Of a stretch of DNA of 64,000 nucleotides, positions 33,205 through 43,720 are shown one piece after another. The translations under genes and the position numbers were made by a program. Source of the DNA: a virus. The notes beneath the pieces were generated by a model that was not told the origin of the DNA, searched no databases, and saw nothing but the letters and a program-made list of their open reading frames with translations. How positions within the stretch are numbered: position 1 is the first letter of the stretch; each line of letters starts with the position of its first letter. The stretch is from IMG/VR virus record IMGVR_UViG_3300020159_001918, positions 8,201-72,200 of that record; one strand, 5' to 3'.

Positions 33205-35837
33205 TGATTAACTTTCTTCCTAGTATAATTAAAACATTTTCTGACAATTCCCAGCAAAGTGTTGGCTTTTTAATCAAAAGCATTAAAGCCGATAAAGCAC
33301 AGGTAGCAGAATTGGTTAAAAGTCTTTCTAATTTTTCTGTTGGAGCAGACTTTGCCCCAACTTTAATGAGGTCTAGGGCAATTATAGAATCTGAATTCTT
33401 TGTTGATATTTTTAGAGATGTACAAATAAGATTTGATAGATATTTTTCAGCGTCTAATTCAATTAGCGTATCTTTAAACTCGATGATAGAAGTCATGTCA
33501 TCTCAAGTGGCAAAAATAGAAAAAAATATTTCTCTTTTAGAAAATTATATAAATAACTATGATTTTATTTCAGGAAAAGATGATCTTTATAATGATTCTT
33601 ATATAGAAAATTTTAATGATTTTCTAAAATCAAATACATATGACACCTCTCCAGTTCCTTTTGTAGATAGAGGTGGAGCTACTTTTGATGAAAGTGGAAA
33701 CGGTTTTGTTGATCCAATTGTTTCAAAATTTAAAATTGGCAGTGGTATTGATTTTGTAAATGCTATAGGTTTTGTAAAATCGGTAGACTACGAAACTAAC
33801 TATAGTCAATATATTTCTTCCATAACTGATTATGAATCTTTATTCAATGAGAAACAGTCGAACGTGTGGAATATCTCAGTTCAATCACCAACAGTATTAA
33901 CTTCTATCCCACCATCATTTTCTCAAAACATAGACTATGACTACTCTTATATAGTCGGTGCTAAAACTGTAATGACAATTAACTTTATAAAAGAAATTGA
34001 AATGGATTTAATCAGAATAAATCCTAATGAATATGATGGACTGCAGCTGATGCAAGTAGTCATAGAATCAGCAAATATAGCAGAAAGAATCTATTCAAGC
34101 AATTCTAATGTTCCTAGCTCTGGTTATCAAAAAAAGAAAATTCTATTATCTCCAGTAAAGATAAACTCTGTATTAGACATTAACTTTCCATTAGACAAAG
34201 TAAAGAGTATAACGCTTATATTTAATCAAAGCACGTATAAAAAAAATACTATTTCACCAACCTCAGATGAAGTATCTTCAAGGCTAATTCATGAATTGCT
34301 AAATGGTATAAGGAAAAATAAAAAAAATAATCACAGTAAACTTCAAGACATAGTCCTAGAATATTTTAGAAAATTCAATTCAATAGATGAGGCAAAAAGA
34401 AATTCTTATGCATACACTGACTACTATACATATAAATATCCAATTGACAAAGTTGGATCCCAACCATTTTTAAATGAAAAAAATAATTCAATATCTTTAG
34501 ACCAGGAAAATCGCCTGTCGTCTAGTAACCATCTTTCTGTAATGGTAAAAAATATAGTGTCACAAACACTAGGTGATAGATTTAAGTTGTTTGATGATTC
34601 ATTATTCGTAGATAGCAGATTAAATAATAGGGGTGGATTTCTTGGTAAGATTGGAAATTCTCCAAGTATTCTAAGTAAGAATTCAAACTCATTAGATAAA
34701 AATCTAGTAAGCTTTTCAGATGATGCCATTATGTCTGGATCAAACATCTATTCTACGAATATGTTAAGAAACAAAAATCAAAATGTAGAAAATTACATGT
34801 ATTCTTTTTCGTTAAAGGGAGTGCAGTTTGGTAAGACAAGGCAAATCTCAAATGCAACAAACTCATTTTCGACTAACAAAGCATGCTTCATTAGTTCTAG
34901 AATTCCAATAGATGGAAACCCTTTAGCTGTTAAGGCTAAGTTAAACTTAGAGAAGGTTGATGAGAGTAGAGCACTTCCAGATTTCGATCTTAAGGAAGCA
35001 AACTCATATGAACTGTCAATTTCGATAAATGAAAATCCAGCTTCAGAAAATGATTGGATACCAATTATTTCCTACGATAGCAGTGATATTAAATCTGAAT
35101 TTTTATTTTTTGATTCAATAAGTAAAACAGCATTTTTAAGATTTTTTCCAATTGATACATCTATAAAAATATACTCAAATCAAAAATTAATTCCAGAAAG
35201 TCAATATACTATAAATAAGTTTAACAAATCAATTTATATAAATTCTTTTGAACCAAAGAATAATTACGTCGCTAGTTATACAGCAGACAACGTTAACTTT
35301 ACTCAAAATTATATAGATATATCTACGCTTTTGACTGCCAATCAAACCTTATCGGCTTATTCTAATGATAAAAATGGTGAGTTCTTTGAAAGAACTACAT
35401 CAAATAATGGTATTAAATTAATTAATCAACCATATATAAACTATGATAAGTTAAAAAAGGCTTCCTACAGTGAAAGAGGTGGTACTATTAACACGATAGA
35501 GTACACCGGCTATAATCCAGTGCTTGTAAAGTTTTCTGATGGTTCATATGCCACTAATCTTACTAACTATAAATTAGGTGGTTTTGAAAAGGGTGAATTT
35601 TATGATACTCAGGAAGTTCTATTCTTCCATAATGGAAAGAATATCATCTTCAATAAAGCTATTACTCAACCTTTTAACGTTATATATGAATATTTAAATA
35701 GTCAAGTAAGATTTAGATTAATTATAAGAAATAATTTTAATAACTATTTTTCATCTGGTTCAGTAGACAATGTTATACTTAAGTTTAAGACAAAAAACTC
35801 TGATCATATGGCAAATAATCTTTTAAGATTGGGATAA
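33204..35837 (+). CDS. Tail-associated structural protein
   Basis: ATG at 33204 overlaps TAA of the preceding gene; 877 aa. Confidence 0.7.
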   Translation: MINFLPSIIKTFSDNSQQSVGFLIKSIKADKAQVAELVKSLSNFSVGADFAPTLMRSRAIIESEFFVDIFRDVQIRFDRYFSASNSISVSLNSMIEVMSSQVAKIEKNISLLENYINNYDFISGKDDLYNDSYIENFNDFLKSNTYDTSPVPFVDRGGATFDESGNGFVDPIVSKFKIGSGIDFVNAIGFVKSVDYETNYSQYISSITDYESLFNEKQSNVWNISVQSPTVLTSIPPSFSQNIDYDYSYIVGAKTVMTINFIKEIEMDLIRINPNEYDGLQLMQVVIESANIAERIYSSNSNVPSSGYQKKKILLSPVKINSVLDINFPLDKVKSITLIFNQSTYKKNTISPTSDEVSSRLIHELLNGIRKNKKNNHSKLQDIVLEYFRKFNSIDEAKRNSYAYTDYYTYKYPIDKVGSQPFLNEKNNSISLDQENRLSSSNHLSVMVKNIVSQTLGDRFKLFDDSLFVDSRLNNRGGFLGKIGNSPSILSKNSNSLDKNLVSFSDDAIMSGSNIYSTNMLRNKNQNVENYMYSFSLKGVQFGKTRQISNATNSFSTNKACFISSRIPIDGNPLAVKAKLNLEKVDESRALPDFDLKEANSYELSISINENPASENDWIPIISYDSSDIKSEFLFFDSISKTAFLRFFPIDTSIKIYSNQKLIPESQYTINKFNKSIYINSFEPKNNYVASYTADNVNFTQNYIDISTLLTANQTLSAYSNDKNGEFFERTTSNNGIKLINQPYINYDKLKKASYSERGGTINTIEYTGYNPVLVKFSDGSYATNLTNYKLGGFEKGEFYDTQEVLFFHNGKNIIFNKAITQPFNVIYEYLNSQVRFRLIIRNNFNNYFSSGSVDNVILKFKTKNSDHMANNLLRLG

Positions 35838-35839
35838 AA

Positions 35840-37997
35840 ATGGCTCAACTATCTACAAATACAGTATTCTATGATCAACTTATTAAGAAGGTACAAGCCT
35901 TTCTAAGAAAGTATTCTCAAAATACAGTTAGCTCATATGAAGATATGTCAGAAGAATTTCACATACTTATAACTGAGATAAATAAATACTCGACTGATCC
36001 AATAGCAAAATATAATCAAGTCATAAAAGGTGAGCCACCATCTTCTAAAAAGTTCAATACATTTATTTCTGGGGTTGCAGATGATTTAAACATAATAGCT
36101 AAGCAGCTTGATTATCAGAGTGCACAGTTGGTGTCTTTGTATAATTTATTTAACTCTGAAATAGAAAAAGAAAATCAATTTGCTAATAGAATTAAGTCAA
36201 AAGTAAGAATACTTCAGGCTTACTCAGAAGCACCTAGTGAAGATCTATATTACTTTGGTGACTCATTTGAGAACATGGATTTTATAGATGTAGAAAAAAC
36301 ACCCAAAAACCTCATTGCGTCGATTAGAAACGGAAACGCATCGCTTCCAGTTATCGACACGAACGCTTGGAGTGTTAGATCAATTTCAATTGATGAAAAA
36401 GAATCTAATGGATTCATTGGGAATAATCATATGGTGTATGCGAAAGGGAATATAGATTCAAACTATCGTTACATGTTCCAGGACAATAACTCTGTGGGAC
36501 TCCTGCAGAACGTAACTGATTCTAACCCTTTAACATATTTTGAATATGAGGGAATATACATAGACCCAATACTAAAAAATAAAAATGGAGCAAAAGATTT
36601 TGAATTTACATATTCTTCTAAAATCTCAACAGATGGAAAAACAGATACTGTTTATAAAAATTGGTCAGAAAAGATTCTTAAAGAACCACTTAAGCTAACC
36701 TTAAAATTAAAAGCAGATTCTTCAAGAAAAACAAATTCTATATCTATAGTTCCTTATTTCGGACAAAGTCGGAGCACCATATTCCGAGTTAAAAGTTTCT
36801 TCTATAACTGCAATTTCTAAAATAACAAATCAAACTGTTGAGCTTTTAGGTTCTCCGGTTTATATAGGTTCTAATTTTATTCCTCAAAATATTGAATCTA
36901 AAAAAAATTACTACTATAATAAAGCCGTAGTTTATTTTAATGAAATAGTTACATCAGAAATAACTGTTAAGTTAGAGCAATCAGACTACTCGGATATAAC
37001 AATGCAGCATATGTATTGGAAACCGTTTTCGAATACCGGATCTCTTGCTCCACTGAATACTAATAGTAGATTTGATCCAGCTGGACTTAGTGCTATTGGT
37101 TTTCAAGATGTCCAGTTTAATTATTTAGATTTAGTTCCAAGTATTCTTCGTCCCAATCTTTTAAAAGATCAGTCTAGTCTTGCGACAAATAAGATTAATA
37201 TCACGTATAAAGAAGCCATAAAGGTAGAGAGATATGTTGTAACCTTTAAGAGATTAGGTTCTTCTGCAACTCCATCTTTGCAAAAATACTATTACGTAAA
37301 CCCAACAATAGCCTATCAGACTTTAGCTAAGCAGCAGGAATTGGCAGCTGTGTCTGATATTACTCTAGCTTTTCAATACGAAAGTTTGATTGCCGCTGAA
37401 ACGGCAAAAACATATATACAAGCAAAAATATCAAGCGCAGAATGGTCTGGTTCTAACTTTCAAGATTTAGCAGTAGAAACAATTAAGTCAGATTTATCAC
37501 CTAAGTATTCGACATCTTCCGTCTTGCTTCAAAGAAATTTTGAAATTTATCCAGCTAAAAGATTTACGATAGGACTTAGATCTATAGATGTTAACTATAG
37601 CGTATATGCACAAAAAGCTCAGTTAATATCTAAGCCATTTGTTTTTGGTTACAATGTAAAAAATCTAACTATATCTTCTGATACCGTATTTAGCCTTCAG
37701 GGTGGTAACTCAAATATAAGCTACATTAAATATTACGTATCAATAGATGATGGGAAAAAGTGGATACAAATTTCTCCGATAGAAGATCCGTTCAATGGCA
37801 TTCCTGAAATATTATCATTTAATGAAAATGTAGAAAGCTTTGGTCAAGTAAAGGGAGTTTCATATTTTAACTCTCCAGACATACCATCTGACACAAAGTC
37901 AATCAGAATAAAAATTGATATAGAAAAACCAAGATATGAAAACACTACACCTGTTATTTACTCATATCAAATAGCCGGAAGAGTTGAGCAATTATGA
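35840..37997 (+). CDS. Tail-associated structural protein, 718 aa; +1 shift at CGGA 36770-36773
   Basis: ORF 35840..36820 (frame 2) continues in frame 0 through the gap 36821-37001 into 37002..37997. Confidence 0.8.
36770..36773 (+). other. +1 recoding site / four-base codon CGGA
   Basis: ...ttc gga caa agt CGGA gca cca tat tcc gag...; target frame stop TAG 36747, source frame stop TAA 36818-36820. Confidence 0.88.
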
Positions 37998-40219
37998 CGA
38001 TAAGCAATATACAGAAGGAAAAATTCTTAAGCACTTTATATAAGAGCCTTTATGCTGGTGGAAACAAGCCTAACGAGCAGGAGATATTAGAGTTCTTTTC
38101 TAAGTACTTCTCCAAGTATGAGCCAGGGCAGCCACTAGACATAAATGCTCAAATATTTAGACAGATGGCATTTGGTCAAGTTGAAATTTTTAATCAAAAG
38201 ATGCTACATACTCTTTTTAATATAGAGGTTTTGTATGATTCTATATTTGAAAATTCTGATGATTTAATGACTGTAGCAACAGCATTGAATAAAAGATTAA
38301 ATAACTTAAAGTCTAAAAGAATGATGTTAGAAAATAGAGTAGATGATTTAATTTTTGCTAATCAAAATTCAGAAGGATACTACGCAGCATACTCAGACAA
38401 CTTTGCTTCAATAAATGGATCTGATCTGAATTATACTTCAGCTTTTGTCGACACAGTTAACGGTAAAGTTTCACTACCAACATTAAAGTCTTCGGTTTTT
38501 GATTTACTTTCTACTAGTTCAATTGTAGCAAGCGCACCAACATATTCTCTGAGTTTTAATAAAACGCAAATAGATTTAAATAAGAAATTTTCTGACGATT
38601 CTTTTTTTGGATCTGTTTTTGATGGTTTAGAAAATACTGAATGGCAAAACATATTTTATTTTGACACTATAGGCTTGGTTAGTTTTTCGATCAACTTGCC
38701 CATAGCTAGAAATGTAATCTTATCAAAGATAGAAGGAAGACTAAATACTATTTCTCCAACTGATATCTATGTAAAAGTAAACTACGCGGACGCCAACAAA
38801 GTGTCAGAGGTATTGAATAAAAAATCTACTAAAGATTATGATAGATTTTCCTTTAGCTTTGACCCGGGCAATGTTGGGTCAATAGATGTATTTTTCGTTA
38901 AAACAGAACCAGACGTCATAGAAGATAATAGAGTTAGTAGATATGGATATAGATACGGAATTAGGGATATTGCTATTAGTGGACAGTATTATGATAAGTC
39001 TGCATCTTTTGTATCTGCTCCAATATCATTAAATTCAAATGATAATAGCAACCTAGTAATAGATGCTGTATCGGTAGATGTTGGAGAAAATTCACAAGAT
39101 GGTTCTGTTAATTACTTTGTAGCAGAAGATAACGAGTCCGCTCAATCAATATCTGATTTTTCCTGGATTCCAATTTCTCCGGAACAAAGTACTCAGAACT
39201 CTTTTTCTACAACAGTTAATTTTTCTGGCTCTTCTCTAAAATCAAAAAAGATATTAAATGATGTACAAAACTCTACAAACTCTTTGAAGAAAATACCATT
39301 AGTTTCAAAAAATACTTCTAAGAACTTAAATGAGCAAAATCCAACAGTTGACCTATATCCAAATCAAACAATATATAGAATAGCAAAGCTTGATCAATTG
39401 GATAACCCGGTTAGTTCTTATCTATTAGATGGTATAAATTCAGTTTCTGGTAATTATATAAATTATAAAAATAGTATTTATAATGAAAACGATTCCTTGG
39501 CTACTTGGGGAAATATTTTATCTGGAAAATCAAGTGTTAGACAAATATTCTCTATACCATCTTATGAAATATCTAATAATTCTATATTTTTTTCTGGTCC
39601 AAACTTAAAATCAATTAGCGTTTTATTGGAAACTAAAATATTCTGCGCTAATGATATCACCATTAGACACTTGTTGGTTAAGAATGATAGCGTTTCGAAG
39701 AGCTGGGATGTTGCAGTCTATCTAAATGGAAGGCCATCAAGTGTTCCTTCTGGGGTAACTTCAGAGTTGATTGAATGGAACTTCAAAGCGGGAATCAATA
39801 CAATTAAGGTAGCTATAGATATAAAGGATAGTGCAAACGGTTCAATCAGTTTAATGGATTCTAAATCATTATTAGATTATGGTTTAGTTTATAGTCAATA
39901 CTACGGCTATGTAGACCCAATTGAGTTCAAGATCAACAGATCAACATATGACAAGGTATTTACTATCGAAAATTTTTTCGGCAATAAAGAAGTCTTATGT
40001 AGAGATAATGTTAATAGTAATTCAAGATTATTTTATTACTCAAACAACCCAAACCCAGTAACTGCCTTAAGATTTAGGGCCGACATATCTAGGGGTAGAA
40101 ACCCATTGTCCTCTCCAACTATTGATTATTTTAAATTAAAGTTTAAGAATTCGGAAAATTATTCCGATATATCAGCAAATGAATTATCCTATAATAATTC
40201 AACAACAAGTGAATATTAA
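37994..40219 (+). CDS. Tail-associated structural protein (741 aa)
   Basis: ATGA overlap with preceding gene. Confidence 0.7.
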   Translation: MTISNIQKEKFLSTLYKSLYAGGNKPNEQEILEFFSKYFSKYEPGQPLDINAQIFRQMAFGQVEIFNQKMLHTLFNIEVLYDSIFENSDDLMTVATALNKRLNNLKSKRMMLENRVDDLIFANQNSEGYYAAYSDNFASINGSDLNYTSAFVDTVNGKVSLPTLKSSVFDLLSTSSIVASAPTYSLSFNKTQIDLNKKFSDDSFFGSVFDGLENTEWQNIFYFDTIGLVSFSINLPIARNVILSKIEGRLNTISPTDIYVKVNYADANKVSEVLNKKSTKDYDRFSFSFDPGNVGSIDVFFVKTEPDVIEDNRVSRYGYRYGIRDIAISGQYYDKSASFVSAPISLNSNDNSNLVIDAVSVDVGENSQDGSVNYFVAEDNESAQSISDFSWIPISPEQSTQNSFSTTVNFSGSSLKSKKILNDVQNSTNSLKKIPLVSKNTSKNLNEQNPTVDLYPNQTIYRIAKLDQLDNPVSSYLLDGINSVSGNYINYKNSIYNENDSLATWGNILSGKSSVRQIFSIPSYEISNNSIFFSGPNLKSISVLLETKIFCANDITIRHLLVKNDSVSKSWDVAVYLNGRPSSVPSGVTSELIEWNFKAGINTIKVAIDIKDSANGSISLMDSKSLLDYGLVYSQYYGYVDPIEFKINRSTYDKVFTIENFFGNKEVLCRDNVNSNSRLFYYSNNPNPVTALRFRADISRGRNPLSSPTIDYFKLKFKNSENYSDISANELSYNNSTTSEY

Positions 40220-40249
40220 AGTTTACTATACCTAAAGTAGGAGACACAC

Positions 40250-40675
40250 ATGCCGATAAGTTATCTAGACCCAAATAGTAAAAAAATAATTAGAGAACCA
40301 TTAGTCAAGAGGTTTAGATCATTTTATAGATCTCCAAGAAAGAGTGGTCAAGAAAATCTTTTTAATCAAAAAGTTTATATGGATATGAACAGATTGTATT
40401 TGGAATTAGAACTTCTTGATACAGCTATAATCGATAAAATAAAGATTTTCTTAGGAGCGGAAAAAGATGAAACCCATGAAATTCGAACTGTTTCAGATGA
40501 GATAACCGGTGAGCAATACTATGGTAGAGTTTACGACCTGTCTACTGATTCAATTTCAATGTACGACTACAGCGCAAGTGATACAATAGATTACTTAGAA
40601 ACCACGGATACAATTGGCGGAAGTTTGTCAAGATTATTTTATAAAATTAATAAATTAGAAAAACAGACTGGATAA
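40250..40675 (+). CDS. Hypothetical protein (141 aa)
   Basis: Complete ORF in structural cluster. Confidence 0.6.
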   Translation: MPISYLDPNSKKIIREPLVKRFRSFYRSPRKSGQENLFNQKVYMDMNRLYLELELLDTAIIDKIKIFLGAEKDETHEIRTVSDEITGEQYYGRVYDLSTDSISMYDYSASDTIDYLETTDTIGGSLSRLFYKINKLEKQTG

Positions 40676-40684
40676 TTAATTAAA

Positions 40685-41953
40685 ATGTCAGATTACCTAA
40701 ACACAGAAAATAAAACAATACAGTACAACGGTCCTGTAGACAGTGCTGACTTTAACATAAGGGCAGAACAGAACTATCAAGACTTAGTTCACCTCTATAA
40801 TAGATCTGGTGTGTTAGATCAGAAGTTGAGTCAGGCTTTTGAAAGAGTATTAAAAGATCATTTATTTATCTCTAGAGCTATAGCAGATCTAGAAGATAGG
40901 GTAAAGGCAATTGAATACAATACTGATTCACCTTATAAAAAACTCTCTATATATAGCTATTCTCAAATAGATGTAGCCGGCTTTGTCAGCGACGCACAGT
41001 TTGCGCTTTCAAGTTCTGAGGCACTTAGTTTTGATCATGTATATAATTTAATAACGCTACCTAAGGTTGATGGTTCTTCTTATTCTAAACTTAAGTTTTT
41101 TAGCGGCTTAGGGGAGCAAACAATTCCAGATTTTCTAGAAACAAAAATAAAGAATGACTTCGTCAGTGTGGACACACCCGGTGCGCTAGTAGATACTAGT
41201 CCAATGTTTCATGCGCTATTAGACAGGTCTGATAAATTCTGGAAACGAAATATCATAGCCGACTCAGCTTTAGGATCGGGCGCCCAAATGTTTGCCTACT
41301 ACAAGATCCCCAATGCCTATTCTGGATCTGACACATCGAACTATCTGTCCCTATCTCCATATCCATTATTTGGAGTAGATATTCTCTCCATTGAATACAC
41401 TACAAAGGTAGAGCCATCTTTAGAAGAATCTGATGGATGGACTCCTTTGAATTTTAATAGATTATACGATAGCGAATCTGATGCGATAGGTAGAGTTGCT
41501 CCAGGTGGATGGTCAATAGTCGGTTCGGACATAGTACTCAATGCTGGGCCAATGGGATTCTATTTCCCTCCAATAAAGATTACTGCAATTAGAATAAACA
41601 TGAGGCAGAGAAATTATATTTTAGAAAATGGCAAGTACGTATATACATATGGCTTATCTGATCTAGATGTAAGATCGCAAAGGTTCCTGGAAACTGGAAG
41701 AACAATAATCAAGTTCACCGCCCCAGAAGGAACATTGATCTATTCGGTTGATGAGGTCATACCAAAGATGTATAATGTTCCTGAGGAACTAATATCTACA
41801 GCTTTCAGCTATAGGGTTATCTGGAAAGATAGTGGAGTTTATACGCTTGACGAGGTTCCTGGTTCATCTTCAGTTTGGATAGAAGTAACCCTAAATCAGC
41901 TTGGGGACGGAACAGCTCCAGTCCTGTCTGATTTAATAGTCAATTATAGCTAA
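40685..41953 (+). CDS. Putative tail/fiber protein (422 aa)
   Basis: Complete ORF at end of structural cluster. Confidence 0.6.
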   Translation: MSDYLNTENKTIQYNGPVDSADFNIRAEQNYQDLVHLYNRSGVLDQKLSQAFERVLKDHLFISRAIADLEDRVKAIEYNTDSPYKKLSIYSYSQIDVAGFVSDAQFALSSSEALSFDHVYNLITLPKVDGSSYSKLKFFSGLGEQTIPDFLETKIKNDFVSVDTPGALVDTSPMFHALLDRSDKFWKRNIIADSALGSGAQMFAYYKIPNAYSGSDTSNYLSLSPYPLFGVDILSIEYTTKVEPSLEESDGWTPLNFNRLYDSESDAIGRVAPGGWSIVGSDIVLNAGPMGFYFPPIKITAIRINMRQRNYILENGKYVYTYGLSDLDVRSQRFLETGRTIIKFTAPEGTLIYSVDEVIPKMYNVPEELISTAFSYRVIWKDSGVYTLDEVPGSSSVWIEVTLNQLGDGTAPVLSDLIVNYS

Positions 41954-41987
41954 TTTTAATAGTTAATAAGTGGCTATTTGATTTTAC

Positions 41988-41995
41988 TATAAATA
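41988..41995 (+). promoter_or_regulatory. TATAAATA, resembles a T4-type late promoter element
   Basis: Exact TATAAATA in an intergenic gap, 30 nt upstream of ATG 42025. Confidence 0.35.
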
Positions 41996-42024
41996 CCACA
42001 ATATTCTTTTAAGGAGACTATAAA

Positions 42025-42615
42025 ATGGCAACTTACTACGTTGGCCCAAGGCCAGTACTCAAAGGTCGTTCAACCGCTGACATGGTGAACCCTTTTAAGG
42101 GTACAGCTGGAACCTACTCTTTCTATCCCCTCTTTGCACCAGGTCTTTTAACTGGGGCTCCAGATAATAATCATGTTCCTGGAACTGGGTATCATCCAGG
42201 TAACGTTCTTCTTTCTCAGCTGTTCAATGGTTCTACTCTGTACGCAGGAACAACCCCATTAGCTGGAGAATTTGCAGATGGAACTACAACATTTGGTGGA
42301 ATGAGATTCCGTCCAAGTGAATACAAGGGCCTCACAACAGCTAAGGCACTAGATGGCGGTCACGCAAAGCGCACAACCGACTATAGTCTCTATAGCAACT
42401 ATATCTTTGACGGTGTAACTTCAGCAGAAGCATTTGCAAACCTAGGTCATGCAGAGCGTACAACCGCTTACAGCCTCTATAACAACTATATCTTCGACGG
42501 TGTAACCTCAGCAGAAGTAATGCCAGCTGGTTATGGACAGGCTAATACTGCCAGTGAATACGGTCGCAATAAAGTTGGTGAGTACAAAGGTGTACCATCA
42601 GCAGTCGCTCTTTAA
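42025..42615 (+). CDS. Small virion-type protein with internal duplication (196 aa)
   Basis: AAGGAG Shine-Dalgarno; two 29-aa units (GHAKRTTDYSLYSNYIFDGVTSAE / GHAERTTAYSLYNNYIFDGVTSAE). Confidence 0.75.
   Translation: MATYYVGPRPVLKGRSTADMVNPFKGTAGTYSFYPLFAPGLLTGAPDNNHVPGTGYHPGNVLLSQLFNGSTLYAGTTPLAGEFADGTTTFGGMRFRPSEYKGLTTAKALDGGHAKRTTDYSLYSNYIFDGVTSAEAFANLGHAERTTAYSLYNNYIFDGVTSAEVMPAGYGQANTASEYGRNKVGEYKGVPSAVAL
42358..42531 (+). repeat. Two tandem 87-bp imperfect coding repeats
   Basis: Units start at 42358 and 42445 (ggtcacgcaaagcgcacaacc / ggtcatgcagagcgtacaacc). Confidence 0.85.
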
Positions 42616-42630
42616 CAATAGGAGAAAACA

Positions 42631-42834
42631 ATGCCAGATCAAAAATTAATTAAAGATGTACTTGAAAGAGCTCTTTGGACTGCAGCACAAACATTCATTG
42701 CTGTTTATACAGTTGGTGGAGTTGACCAAGCTAAAGCAGCAGCAACAGCAGCAGCAGCAGCAGGGCTTAGTGTTATCAAGGGATTCGCAGCAACAAAAAT
42801 TGGAGACAAGGACTCCGCTGCATCTTTGAAATAA
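42631..42834 (+). CDS. Putative holin (r1t-like)
   Basis: 67 aa: LIKDVLERALWTAAQTFIAVYTVGGVDQAKAAATAAAAAGLSVIKGFAATKIGDKDSAASL. Confidence 0.65.
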   Translation: MPDQKLIKDVLERALWTAAQTFIAVYTVGGVDQAKAAATAAAAAGLSVIKGFAATKIGDKDSAASLK

Positions 42835-42913
42835 TTAGTTAAATACAACATAAAAAAATCCTAACTGATATACTTGTCAGTACGGAAACCGACGCATCTA
42901 CTTAGCGTAAGAT

Positions 42914-42945
42914 AGTTATCCCGCCCCAATCAGGGCGGGATAACT
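42914..42945 (+). terminator. Intrinsic terminator
   Basis: agttatcccgccc-caatca-gggcgggataact followed by gtttt. Confidence 0.85.
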
Positions 42946-43006
42946 GTTTTAAAGGGTCTCTTATATAAGTTTTTGTAGTTTTGTCTAGGGTTAATGAGGA
43001 TTATAA

Positions 43007-43711
43007 ATGTTTTTAGATCAGTTAAATACAGTAATTAGAGACAAAGCCCTTCCATTAGATGTTGCTGAAAAGTATCTTAACCTATATATAGGTGAAGCAG
43101 ATTGGAAAACGCACATTTCAAAACTATGGATGAATCTTGAAAACAAGAATAAGAATTCAGACATAAGTAAAGAAGATATAAAGAGAGCAATATCTTGCAC
43201 AATGTTATTGCCAACTATGGAGAAGACAAATATTCCTGATCCAGTTCACCTTATTTTATTTTGGTGCCCTACCTGGAATCAGTACAAAGAAAGAGATTGG
43301 TTTTCTTTATTTTTAGATATAGTTAAGAAAGATTTATACATACAAACCAATCAAAAGGAGTTACTATCGATTGGCATCATCGATCCAATTGATTATTCTC
43401 CATTAACTAGACAAAGCTTTAATTGGTTATATAATCAGGCAGAACAAAACGGTGATTTAACCGATAGGAATAAAGACATCGTGATTAAGAAAATGCAAAA
43501 CTTAGTTAGGATATATGGTGGTGCAGTTATATCAAACGTATTTCAAAATCACAAGAATGTAATAGACAAAGTTTTTAACTGGAGAAGTGGATATTTCTTC
43601 GAAAGAGAAATATATAACGTGTATAATTATGACCAAATAAAAAAGATCAAAAAAACAGAAATAGAAAAATTAAACCCTAAGTACGTAAAAACTTTAGCAT
43701 TAGTAAAATAA
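43007..43711 (+). CDS. Hypothetical protein (234 aa)
   Basis: Complete ORF preceded by a gagga-like RBS. Confidence 0.7.
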   Translation: MFLDQLNTVIRDKALPLDVAEKYLNLYIGEADWKTHISKLWMNLENKNKNSDISKEDIKRAISCTMLLPTMEKTNIPDPVHLILFWCPTWNQYKERDWFSLFLDIVKKDLYIQTNQKELLSIGIIDPIDYSPLTRQSFNWLYNQAEQNGDLTDRNKDIVIKKMQNLVRIYGGAVISNVFQNHKNVIDKVFNWRSGYFFEREIYNVYNYDQIKKIKKTEIEKLNPKYVKTLALVK

Positions 43712-43720
43712 GGAGATAGT

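Noticed and set aside
42835-43006. tRNA gene or CGG-decoding RNA in the longest plus-strand intergenic gap
   Set aside because: I see only a strong terminator and no D/T-loop signatures. A covariance-model search would be decisive.
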